A DNA stretch of 63,812 bases, counting the filler, from Phoronis australis (taxonomy: Eukaryota > Animalia > Phoronida), in assembly GCA_002633005.1 (NCBI GenBank). It is 6 parts of 6 records of this genome, joined end to end, with 100 filler letters (N's around TTAATTAATTAA, not from the genome) between each part and the next. Parts side by side here need not be neighbours in the genome. Positions count along the whole stretch, not along the records: positions 41,021 to 60,126 come from NMRA01000880.1; positions 60,227 to 62,670 come from NMRA01003665.1; positions 62,771 to 63,812 come from NMRA01001780.1; 3 more parts are not named here. One strand, 5' to 3'. The translations under genes and the position numbers were made by a program. How positions within the stretch are numbered: the first letter of the stretch is position 1; each line of letters starts with the position of its first letter. The notes beneath the pieces were generated by a model. The model searched no databases and was not told where the DNA came from. It worked only from the letters and a program-made list of their open reading frames with translations. Below, piece after piece: positions 51,467 through 63,144 of this stretch.

Positions 51467-51549
51467 ACCCAGATCTAATGCCTCTCGGCGTTTTCTGGGT
51501 TATGTATATTCATTGTATTCTGAAGATTTCGTAATAAACATTAAAAAAA
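51467..51549 (+). other. LINE 3' terminus: stem-loop + AATAAA + short A tail
   Basis: ACCCAGA...TCTGGGT stem (51467-51500), AATAAA at 51533, then cattaaaaaaa. Confidence 0.6.
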
Positions 51550-52372
51550 TGTTTGCCAAAAACCCTCAACTCTGTGCTGTACAGAGGATATTGTCAGCTG
51601 GGTGTATTCGTCATCATGCTGGCAATGGTGTATGTTTGAATATTTTTCATGGCAAGAGATGGATCACATTTATAGCTTATAATTGTTTTTAACATATATT
51701 TTTAGCAAATGTGACATAGTTAATGATAGCAATTATATCAGTGATATATTACATTAAAAATTAGACAGTCTCCTTAATTCAGAACACAGAAATCATGGCT
51801 GAAATTTAATTTTTTCCTCCTGAAATTTGAAGTGTGAGTGATTTGTATATTTTCGTACTTTTCAAATTCCGCTATGTTGTAGCATAACAGGTTGCAAGAA
51901 TACTCCTGTAAGTTCATAAAAATTGACTCTTATGGCAAACATTTAATAAATTGTTACCATTCCCCTTGAATTTCTGACAGACTATTGTGTGAATTTCTAA
52001 AAATTGGGACAAGCTCGACTTTTATATGGATGACTGTTCTTGTTTATAAGAGAATCTGCTTTAAGAAAAAAGATTGTAAAAGTGATGACAATTTATTGTT
52101 TAGTTTTTGATCTTAAGTGATGGTGTGGTAGTTTACACCAGTGACAAAAGGTATCGTAAGTGACAACAGATATCAATAGTCCATTTCAGTTAATGACTCT
52201 GAAGAAGGTGATAATAGTGGCAGTACCCGTGGGGTTAAAGAGTCATGACATAAATAATGCTTTCGATTTAAAAATCTTGAGGGACTTTCTGATATGTAAG
52301 CTATGAGTGTTTTTTGTATTGTTAAAATCAGTTGCATAGTGAGTTAATCACATCATTTTTGGCCAAAGTACG

Positions 52373-52626
52373 ATTAGAAAACGGACAATTGCCGCACAAA
52401 TAAAAAAGTTCATGATAACTCAACGTTTCGTCTTATTCAACAAGACGTCATCAGGATATGTACTTTCCCTGTATCTCTCACTCTCATTTCACCTCATGGA
52501 TGTGACTTGAATGGTAATCGACACTTGTTGTCCCTATGTACATATCCTGATGATGTCTTGTTGAACAAGACGAAACGTTAAGTTACCATGAACTTCTTTT
52601 TTTGCGGCAATTGTCCGTTTTCTAAT
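52373..52626. mobile_element. Penelope-like inverted repeat, each arm with a hammerhead-ribozyme-like core
   Basis: ~90-bp inverted arms 52373-52463 and 52538-52626; CTGATGA-t-GTCTTG-ttgaa-CAAGAC-GAAACGTT on + (52547-52579) and an equivalent on -. Confidence 0.65.
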
Positions 52627-53433
52627 AGTGATTTAGCCACTGACTGATCTCACGCTTAAGGGGGTTTTGATCAAACAATAATATCTTTATTGGTTAGATT
52701 GATACATATCAAGGGACCTTGTACCTTGTGATAAAATGTTATTGTTTACATATGTTTTGGAAAAAATAAATGGTTTAACGAGGTAATGAAACGTTGCGAT
52801 TGTGTCTTTAGCATCTTTTGGATTTGCTATATACAGTTAAGGTTAAGAAAGTATGCCTACATGATGTTCTCTGCACATTTGTTGCTTTGATAACACTATC
52901 ACTGATAGTGTTACTCTATCAAAAATCAAAAATTAAAGGGCAATTTTGACAGTGAAATCATCCATGAAAATCTTATTTTAATGATGTGGATTTCCGACTT
53001 AGTCCCAATTTTTGTACATCAGGGTGACATAAAAGGGCTGCTGGGCTCCTTTTTAATTCCAGGTTGTGTCTCTTAGGAGGCATTTTTATTTAGTGCATCT
53101 GCATTGAATAAATTTATGTTTTTTGGCAGCTTTCCCAGATTTCCGTAAAACTTCCAGGCTCAGATTTAGAAATGCTGGGTATTATAAAAGGCATAAAAAA
53201 CTGGTGCTGTGAAACCTGTTGTGATACGAATAGATCTTATTGAAAGTATTTTTTGTCTGCATTAAACTCACCATTCTAACACAATGTGTCCTTCGTTGAT
53301 TACAACAATTGTCACATTGGAAGCTAATTCCTGGTTTTGCACGTGTTTCACATCATCACTTTTTGATGTCAGAGCCTCAGAGTTAGCATACACTACTTGA
53401 TAATTTCCTTTAATTATATCACTACATGGAACA

Positions 53434-53814
53434 CATAGGCGGATTTAGGGGGGGGCAAGGGCCCAACCCCCCCCCCCTTTGGCTGCCGCAAGCAAAATGA
53501 AACAGCAACAGCGCGACGCATGAGGAAGTATAACTAGGACCGATATTGGAGAAGGGGTGGGGGGACTCAGACCCCAGATCGTGGCGGGCTCTCGTTCCCG
53601 TTTTTTATTTTTTTATTTTTTTTTAGTCAAGAGATTTCCCGCGGGCTCTCGTTCCCGTTTTTTAATTTTTTTAGTAGATAGATTTCCCAAACAGAAGGTT
53701 CATACTCTGGGCCCCTGCAACTTTCGGGACGCCTGAACACATACAACTGTGCTCTACCCAATTCCCTGAGGCAACATGTTGGGCCCCCCTTCTGGTATCC
53801 CTGATCCGCCACTA
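53434..53814. mobile_element. hAT-type MITE, degenerate
   Basis: CATAGGCGGAT...ATCCGCCACTA ends, G/C runs, flanks GAACA/CAACA (4 of 5 match). Confidence 0.5.
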
Positions 53815-55055
53815 CAACAGAACTACAAAACGTCAACACTAGTTTCTTCATCATCAGTATCATCATCACTAATGTCTCGCAAAAATTGTTGCTGTTCTGG
53901 TATTGTAATTAATGCAACGCAAAAATCTATTAAAGTTTGGTGAACTACAGGGCTAATAAGCAAACAAATTGCAGTTCAGTGTGGGAACGTCAATAGAGCA
54001 ATTAGTTGACCTGTTAACTGTGTTTCTTCTGGTAGTTTTATTTCATTTTAATCACACAGCGAACCTTTCATGTTCACTTAGTGATAACTAAACCGTTTCA
54101 ATGATGTTTTTTGTTTTAAAATTGCTTCAATTAATACTGCAAGTACTCCCAACATCGTCCGCATTCGTCGCGATTCTACTCGGGGATTCCATTGATAGGG
54201 AATTCCCCGAGTATGCATGACAAGGGAGATAAGTCTTTATTGTGATATAAAAATGAGTCAACAAATACGGATTTTCTCAGCTACAAGGATTATAATTACC
54301 ATTTTTAAGAACATAGTCTCCTAACTGCTACAAAACTCATTCAAATTACAACAATGACGAAACGTTTTTCTGCGGTTTATTTGGCGCGGAAACGAACCGA
54401 TATGATCTCGCGAGATCCAGCCTCATCACCCGTAATTCGCGGTATTTTGTAAATGTGATGTGCCATAGGAGGCACAGAACAGTTCTCACTGATTTGTAAC
54501 CTTTTCTTCACTCTGTCAAAAACAGGATGCAAAGAATGGCATGTTTTCAATTATTTCACATAAAAAGCCCAGCAGATGAGCACAGAAACTTTATTCTTTC
54601 TTGTATTTTTGACCATTTCATTCCCACTGAAAACCAAGCTAGACTAAGAAAAATAAGGGCAAAAAAATGCAAAATCGGCACTTTTCACCCGAAAAACACC
54701 ACTTCCCTGCCGATGCACGACTAAAACCAACATTAGCAGAGTCTGAAAGCAAATTTCCTACCGATTCCGAAAATGTGGTCCAAAAGTACTGTCAACCAAC
54801 TAGTTTTTTGGCAATTCTTGCTTGTTTGAGGGCTACCTAAAATCACAGCCAATTTCCCGGTCGCTACCCAACAATGCACAATTGCAGCCGGGGGCCACCA
54901 TCTTGAAGAAGAGTGCAGCTACAGCCAAGAAAGTGGCCTTTTTTATTTACAGCATGTTCAAAAATACAAACAAACCACATTCACTGAGCCTACGTGCAAT
55001 GTCCACCTACAAAATGCCCCCAAACTTGGCCTACCCCAAAATTTCTATATTTTGG

Positions 55056-55148
55056 GAGTGCAAATTGGCCGCGGCCGCAGCCTAACTATTCAGTGCCACC
55101 ATAGGTGCCACTGAATAGTTAGGCTGCGGCCGCGGCCAATTTGCACTC
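55056..55148. repeat. Perfect 40-bp inverted repeat with 13-nt spacer
   Basis: GAGTGCAAATTGGCCGCGGCCGCAGCCTAACTATTCAGTG and its exact reverse complement. Confidence 0.95.
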
Positions 55149-56566
55149 GTCAACCAATCACTTCAGTGGCTGCCATTTTAGGTGCTAGTGTCCTCGACAA
55201 ATTTGAGAGCAACTTGGCTCTACCGAACGCAGTCTATATTTACCTGCTGGACATTAGTCAGCATGTCGGAAAATGTGAATTCTTGGATTTTTCTAATCCC
55301 TTGTCAGGGAAAGATGTTAATAGCTTGTCAATCTAATTGCCAATGCAGTCGTGTTTTGTAACATTTTGCTTTCTTACTTCAGGTTATCAAGGCAACAATA
55401 TGAAGAATCTTAATTAGAGAAATAGGCTATGTTGGATTGTGAAGCTTCAAACCTCCAATCCTTGTTCTTTGCAAATTCGTATTTTTAGATCATGGTTGTG
55501 GAATTCTGGTGTATGGAAATACTAGTCAGTCGCCATGGTAATAGTAATATGCATGCAAGTAGTATAGTAAGGGGTTTTGGACGCCTGTTTGGGAGGGTTT
55601 CGGTCAAAGGTCATCTATGTGAAAGGAAAAGGTCAAAGGTCACGTAGAATAACTGCAATCGGAAGGGACACCGTCCGCCTACCGGACGGATGTGTCAATG
55701 ACGTTACACCTCATGACGTAATAGGTTTAATTGGACCCGTTAGAGAGGCACCTCGATGCCCGTTTTGCGGCTCCTAGCAACGATCGAGAATCTAAACAAA
55801 AGAGGGATCCTGAATAAAAACAAAACTTATTTCGTGTGAGCCGAGTGTCGTCGTTGTATATTATGTGTTCTGTTTCATAGGTCAAAAACAAAGGCGTATA
55901 CAAAAGGGGATAACCACCCAGCTCAACAACAGATGTCTCGTAAAGTCTAACCCAGGCCCCGACGGTACTAAGCGAATCGTACTCATAATATTTATAATAA
56001 GAAGCGCCTTTCTTGATACTCCTTACGTGTATTTCGAACCAAACAACTGGGCACACACGCGTCGCAAATAAATGATCACTTATGTATTATTGGGTGCTAC
56101 GCAACGTGTATAGAAACACCTCAAACGCCGGCAATAGAAGTCAACCGAACACAGAAGACTGATTATACAGACTATTCCGAGATCGGAGTTCAGTTGCCAG
56201 TTAGCGGTGAGTTATCATTTACTTCTCTTAGCCAGACTTTCAAATTTCGTTTCGTGTACCTGATATGAAGCCCTTCGTTGATTTGACCAACCGTCCATAC
56301 TCTATATTTTATCTTATAGTTAACTTTTTTTATTTTTTCATTTTTGTAGGTTAACCATCCTCTGAAGCTGTTTTTCACCCACACTTCCTCTGAGGTGAGT
56401 TTATCGTAAACAAGTCCGATTAGTTCTATATTTTTATTTTCTTTTTCCAAACATTAACACACGTCATCTACTGATTTTTCAAATTTAATTTAATAATCTC
56501 CGTAGCTTAATACGATCAGTTACAATGGGCGTTCATACGTTGAATATATATCTATACGAATTCCGG

Positions 56567-57007
56567 TTACATTAAACCGTCGACAAATTCCGAAACACAG
56601 CGATCGTTAGTTTTAGTGTCTTTATCAAACAAATTAGCGATAAAGTCTATGGTCCATCCTCGGCACCGGTATATACAATATTGTGCACAAACTGTAGACG
56701 AAATTCCCTGGAGTTGTCTGGTCTGAGTTGTCCATCCATTCGTATTTCTGTCGAGAAAATCTCGCAATTGGTCCGATAGCGGTGCCAAGCCGTACCAATC
56801 AAAATATTCTCCTTTTCCATCCTCGGTTAGATAAATAGCCACCCAGTGCGTTCCGGGTGTGTGGCTAGGATCGTAGTTGCACACGTAAGCATTCGGATGT
56901 GAAACGACACCGAGGTTACACAATTCATCACTCGCCAGACAACCACCAAAAACTTGTCCGACAAAGTCATCGGTTTCCAGGATCGCAGTAATCTGATCAG
57001 TCCTCAT
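56567..57007 (-). CDS. Polinton adenain-like cysteine protease (PRO)
   Basis: NYDPSHTPGTHWVAIY..EYFDWYGLAP..QLQGISSTVCAQYCI: H, D, Q and C catalytic residues. Confidence 0.9.
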   Translation of the reverse strand: MRTDQITAILETDDFVGQVFGGCLASDELCNLGVVSHPNAYVCNYDPSHTPGTHWVAIYLTEDGKGEYFDWYGLAPLSDQLRDFLDRNTNGWTTQTRQLQGISSTVCAQYCIYRCRGWTIDFIANLFDKDTKTNDRCVSEFVDGLM

Positions 57008-57472
57008 GGTGTGAAATCAACAAGACGTTTCTAGCTCTGTCAATTTCCACAATGTTCTCCGCGTAACAAACGGCGTTTACGGTAGAAGGCAGCGCCGACG
57101 CGAAAGGAACTTCCACACGGAGGTTTCCTTGTTTTATGAGGTTAAAGTGACCTCCATCCGATAGGTCAGAGGTCAGATCAAAAGCAAACAAGGTGTTGCC
57201 GCCGGGGTAATCCAGACGTCCTTCGTCCTCGTAATTCTGTCCCGTTCCCGAAAACAAGGTGGTGAAAGCTCTAACGAACGTCGGTTGGTCAAATTTCGGT
57301 TGTAGTGGTTTAGAAGGAACTTGCCCCCCGTCGACGTAAAGAGAGAGATAATTGATGTTGAAATTGAAAGGGTTCTTGGCATACGATCCATTGTAGGCGT
57401 CAGTATCACAAAAGCCCACAATGACCCTCTTAGGAATTTGACCTAAAACAAATTCTCTTGCGTCATAGACAA
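56997..57472 (-). pseudogene. Polinton major capsid protein (PY), C-terminal part, truncated by hAT insertion
   Basis: GQIPKRVIVGF..AYNGSYAKNPFNF..LYVDG.QVPSKPLQPKF..GNTLFAFDLT.D..G.LRVE..F...L...V..EID..RNV; the first ~35 aa of the listed ORF are hAT-derived. Confidence 0.88.
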
Positions 57473-60126
57473 CAGTGGCGGATCTACGGGGGAGTTCAGG
57501 GGGTTTAAACCCCCCCTCGGGCCAGGACCCAAAAATTAGAAAAAAACAAAACCGTGTCCAGCAAAACAAAAACGGCACCGCCAGCGTATGTAAACCCCAA
57601 GTAAACCAACTTAGTTAGCCAAAAACGAGGGGGGTTCACTCTAAAAATATTTTTTTGCATTGTGAATTGCTGTTATGAAAATCAACGCGTTTCGAGTCTT
57701 CGTGGCTCGTCGGCAAAACCCCGGAGATTAATTGTGCACGTGCTTCCGACGACACTTCTGAAGTAGCCAAGCATTTCAGACCTATCCACCTCTGAAAGAG
57801 CAGCTCTATAGCTGATTTCTTTAGGTAACTAGTTTCTTTACTCTAAGATATGTTTTGATTTGATTAGGGGGTATACTGTTGTGCCGCAATCCTGATATTC
57901 AACCTTTTTTACCTCATCTGTCATGCGATGTCATCCTGTTACACCCCACAGGTTTGTAACTCGAATTTGACTGATGTATAGTAAAGTTGTCTTGCGCAAT
58001 ATCATACAGTGTACATGTACATGTAATACTTGAAAAAAACTCGTTTTCCAAAGAATTGCTATTGTTGCCTGCGCCGTGGTCTGGTCCCGAGTCTGTTTGA
58101 AGATGCACTCTAACAATTTATGTCTATACAAGGAATGACCAAGGGGGCACTCACATTGACAAAGTGACCTCATTCGCGAACAGTGTACAGTACCAGAACT
58201 TGCGGGGAGGCTTTATTTTCACAACAAAGTCTTGCGAGAGTCGTGCGATGTTCAACGGGCCTCCTAAGGAGCCCTAGTGCCGACCTCAACACCTACTGTA
58301 TTGTCTTTCTACCTGCTTCCACTGCCGTTTTTTATGCTGAGAATTTCCGGGCACAGAAAGGCCCACCCGAAGAAACGCCCATGCCCATGGGCATTTATTT
58401 GATGTTAGCACTTCGGGTTTCAAGCGCTCAGACATTGGGACGGTTATTTCAAAAATTGCAAGAGATGCAAATGGGTCCTGGGATACATCGTCAAGGTTTG
58501 AAGTAGTTCATGATGAACGGATCGAATTTAGTTGCGCATGCTGTAAGTCTTTTGAATGGACTTGGTTATCTCAGGGGGCTTAGTGCCAACTGAGCTGCGA
58601 AACGAGATGCTGACAATGTAGAGGCGTACAAGCTTATTGACACAGCAGTTGACGAAGTGCAAGCGTTGGGAACAAACGTCGAATATGTCTGGGTAGAATG
58701 GCTCTAAGAGGAGCAAACCATTGGATCTGATGTACACATTCATCGGCAGTCTAGACAACAGAAAGATAGGACCAACGTTCCTGGAGAAACACCCAGGTAA
58801 TAAGTTATAATTATACACTGTTTGTAATAATGCCGGTTTTTTATGCTTGTGTACAATGAAAACGACATGGAAATTATTTTTGGACATGCCAGATTTACCC
58901 AGTACAGCAGAGGGTCTACGAGAGCATAGAAACTGATTCTGGCTTGTATTTCCACTTGGCTCTATCTGCTTCATATCCAAAATCTTATTTCACGTAGTGC
59001 GTAGTTAAATCTGTACTCAATACTTGTTTCTTCCAGTGAGTACTACAGAACGGTGCGAAAACCCTTCCTAGACAACCTCTCGCAGCAGTTGACCATCAGA
59101 TGTATGAACTACACGTATGAGCATCCACTGGGGATTAAAAAGTGTCTAGAGAGAGGTTTTCAATTCAAATTTTTTGCAAAGTACATGTACGCTTTAGTTC
59201 TCGCGACGGACCAGGCCAGCTTGATTTGTGTAGATATCGAGTTTCAGTGTACTTCTGATCCCTCGACGAACCAGACTTGTGATGTTTTTTACCAAAGTGT
59301 GCTTTGTTAAACTATTTATCTCAGCCAGTACTGTTTGGTCCCGCGACAGATCGACTATTTTTATAGGGATAACAACCACAGATGTACTTTTGGTCTCGTG
59401 ACGGACCAGGCAAGAGTTTTTGTGTACTCTCAGTGTACATCTGGTCCCTCTGCGAACTGCTCCTGTATATCTTTTCACCACGGTGTAGGCCTACAGAGTG
59501 TTTTGGTTTTGTTTTCAGATGATTTGTTTCCTGATACATTTGACGTTTTTCAATTGTTGTCAACGTGATTTAGCTTAATAAAGTGATACTTAATTGTTTT
59601 TGTCGCTTTTAATAATAGACTATGAACTGAGAGCACCATCTTTCGCCAGTTTTTCTCGTAACGAGACAGAACACATGTTTATTTCCGGACTAATAGTACA
59701 GGTCTTCGTTCTTAAACAGTTTGAGGCTGTTGCGATCATCTTATATTCAAGTTTTTACGCCCCGTCGGTGCTACTTATGCTCTTGAATATTTGGTAGTTG
59801 TCTAAACCCCTTTATACACATCACACTTTTTCGTATGCTAAAAAGGTGCGTGTAAGCAGATGTTCCAACAAAAATTTTTGCTGGTGGTGTGACTCATACC
59901 CAGATGTGCTTAAATATGGTTTCACGAAACTTATGAGCCAAGTTCATGTGACGAAATCGAGAAGGGCTTTTAATTATCTCAAGACAAACTCCAGGGACAT
60001 GTTAAGTGCCAAAAACGCACCAGGATGCATGGAAATTTCACTGTTTGTCTACAAAAATAAAACGTTATCTTAACCCCCCTCCCGATCGACCTCCCCCCCG
60101 CTCGGCGCCACGCACCTCGGATTCGA
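57473..60126 (+). mobile_element. Second copy of the same hAT family, inserted in the Polinton capsid gene, right end lost in gap
   Basis: Same TIR CAGTGGCGGATCTACGGGGG; colinear with 42481-44871; extra segment encodes SRQQKDRTNVPGETP/SEYYRTVRKPFLDNLSQQLTIR. Confidence 0.85.
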
Positions 60127-62770
60127 NNNNNNNNNNNNNNNNNNNNNNNNNNNNNNNNNNNNNNNNNNNNTTAATTAATTAANNNNNNNNNNNNNNNNNN
60201 NNNNNNNNNNNNNNNNNNNNNNNNNNTGCGTGGGTGTGCGTATATAGGCCTACACGCACTACTTTCGTGCATAGCGACAATATGACTGTGCGTATGTGGT
60301 ATCACAATGTAACAGGTTCTATAGCACTAACGGCGTATATTGTTTCCTCTAACTAGGGCGACAGTATGTGTTGGGTGCCACAATATATGCTATGAACGCC
60401 CGGTCGACTGTCAATAGCGACAATCTATGCCACAACAAGGTGCAGAAAAATCTAGGAAGCACTGGCTCCTAGCCTATAAACTCAACATCTCCCTTAACTC
60501 CGAGGCACACATCCACTGTGTAGGGCCTAACTTTGGTGAGAGTGGTACTCGTGGGGTGGTGTAAATGTCAAAAAAGTGAGGAACTTCGATATTACGCTTT
60601 CCGTTTTCAATTCTACAATTACATATCAATGTCCAGTTACCAAGGCGTTCTGCACTCAACGGCGGCTAAAAAGTGCAGGCAACATGTTATTCACTAAAAA
60701 TGTGCGGCGTGTATGAATAAAAGTATATAGAAGTGTTCATTCCCATTTTGGTCCACACGAAATGTTATCCAACTCATGGTTAACGACTAAGATAGCATAA
60801 TCAATTATCACCAAGATTTTTTTACTGGAGTAACCTAGCTACCATTTGACGCAATATCCTTATAGAAACTTGTGAAAGATTTGCTTTCCTAACTTTCACG
60901 TGAATGCAATTCCTGTGCAAAAACAGTCTAATAGTTTGAGTAGCCGGAACTGGCGCACGTGTTGATGTTGGTTCGTCGATCTTTTCCTACTGCACCTGGC
61001 TTCAAATAAACTTTCGCTTACTTAGACGTACCAGCAAAGGTGAGAGTACCTGCACTTGATTGACTTTGCTGGTTCCCCAGTCAGCTGGCTAAGACATCAG
61101 ATTGGTTCTTGATGACGACTTCTGGCTTACGGACTAACCAGACCGGAACCAACTATACTTTTTATCGTCATGAAGTGCCTCTTAAACTGTTTTTAACTGT
61201 CTTTAAAATAAAAATAAGTGTATATCGCGTTCATTGCTATTGCCATTGAAATAAAAACTAAACATGTCTGAAATGATTCCTCTAGGATACATCACTTTAC
61301 CGGAGCACAGTTGCATAAAAGTTATACCTGTATAGCAACAATGACGTCGCATCATCACGCATCACGTTGCTATTGTTAAACAATGGACCTGGCGTCATGC
61401 AACAATCAAACTTATCCAGCGGATAAGTTTTGAAGCTTTATGCAACTCAGCCCAGGAGAATCACATCTTTTATCATGAAGAGTCAATAACTGGTTTTCAA
61501 NNNNNNNNNNNNNNNNNNNNNNNNNNNNNNNNNNNNNNNNNNNNNNNNNNNNNNNNNNNNNNNNNNNNNNNNNNNNNNNNNNNNNNNNNNNNNNNNNNNN
61601 NNNNNNNNNNNNNNNGGGGGAGGCGTCACGGTTAAACCGTGGCAACCGACACATAGGCTTGAGACCGAGGACAGTCGAGAAAAGAAAGACATTTGAGAAC
61701 ATTTGACTACTCAGTATCAGTGCATGTTTTACCATTTGAGGACCCTGGCCAGGACATTTTTGTTGGGATCTCCGTTTTTGTGGAAAAACGTGTAGGTCGT
61801 CCAAACGCCTTTGAAAAGGCGCACTTTATCATTCATACATGTATTTCAAAAAATAGAGAAAAATCGTAAATCGGAGCTTTTGAGGATCCCAATAATTCAC
61901 TAGATTTTTAAATCCAATTTTGGAAATGCATACTTGTAAATGCAAAATTATATTTCCCAGAGGACCTTCTCTAGCAAGGGATAAAGGCGACAACTGTCGT
62001 TCTATTTTTTCGTATTATTTTCTCTAAACTGTGTATCACTTGAGAAAATTGATGGTCTGGAAGATAACACCAATTGCTGCGCATTTCCGACTTTTGAAAG
62101 TATAGACTTTTCATACTTAGGGGCCCAGCTCTTCAAAAAGCCATTGATGACATTCAAGTGACCAAGCAACTCGTGTTTTTATTTGATAAATTTTTAAGGG
62201 TCCTCTCGCGAAGAAATGGACCATTGTTGGAATCGATTAGCCTTATTTTCTTGTATTTTTGTGAATTCGTACAACCAGCGTTTATGCTGAGGAAGGTCAC
62301 TTCCTTCAGGGTCACGTGACAATGGAATGAGCTGTCACTCTTGCTCTTTTCCAAGCTTAATGAGTCTCAGGGTGCCCCGTTTCAGACGACACCCTCTCTC
62401 GGTGGGGCGGTCCGAGCGAATTATCCTTTTGTCCCTCTATACTTGTAAATATGACACTGCCAAGAATTCACCAAGGTAAGCTGATATTCGAAATTCATCA
62501 AAAACACAAAACATTCGTGCACAGCACAGCAGCATCAAAACATTCGTAAATGAGCAAAATACACCTTAACGTGAATGCCAAATCGTCCATGTTTCCCTGG
62601 TTACCAGTAAAATCTGGAAGCATGCCTGCGGAAATTTCTTAATATACCATTCCGTTTTAATATTCGTTGGNNNNNNNNNNNNNNNNNNNNNNNNNNNNNN
62701 NNNNNNNNNNNNNNTTAATTAATTAANNNNNNNNNNNNNNNNNNNNNNNNNNNNNNNNNNNNNNNNNNNN

Positions 62771-63144
62771 ACTTGTACGAATGAGTTTTTTCTCCCAGCT
62801 TTTTTAATACACCTCGAGTTATTTACTTGTGATGTAAGGTCTCTGACGAGTGTGTGGAAGGCAGCACTGATGTTTCTCTCATCGTCGGCTGCAGACACTT
62901 CATAAAAAAGGCAGCCATATTGTCTTGACAGTGCATAGCCTTCGCTATAGTCCACCTGGCGGCGGTGATCGAGATCTGTCATGTTACCTAGCAACAAGAT
63001 AGGCACGTAACTAGGTGCTTTCGCTTTCTGAGCTAGCTGGATTTGTCTTTTTGCTCGGGAAAAACTCTCTTTGTCACATATGCTGTACACGATTACAATA
63101 GCCTGACACCAGTTTAAAGTGTCGTACACGGCAACCTCGTTTTC
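62771..63144 (-). CDS. Exon of RERG/RASL11-12-like Ras-family small GTPase (truncated at gap)
   Basis: tttatttttgcag| ENEVA..WCQAIVIVYSICDKESF..PILLLGNMTDLDHRRQV..EG..L..YGCLFYEVSAA; G4/G5 boxes and RERG-like context. Confidence 0.85.

Larger units (their letters stand above)
55558..57472 (-). mobile_element. Polinton/Maverick (adintovirus-like) endogenous element, terminal fragment
   Basis: AGTAGT-type end at 55558; protease and major capsid genes in tandem on -. Confidence 0.85.

Noticed and set aside
57473-57578. Hydrophobic N-terminus (MPFLFCWTRF..) of the 193-aa ORF as a capsid signal peptide
   Set aside because: It is antisense hAT terminal sequence; the same text appears in ORF 42427-42711.
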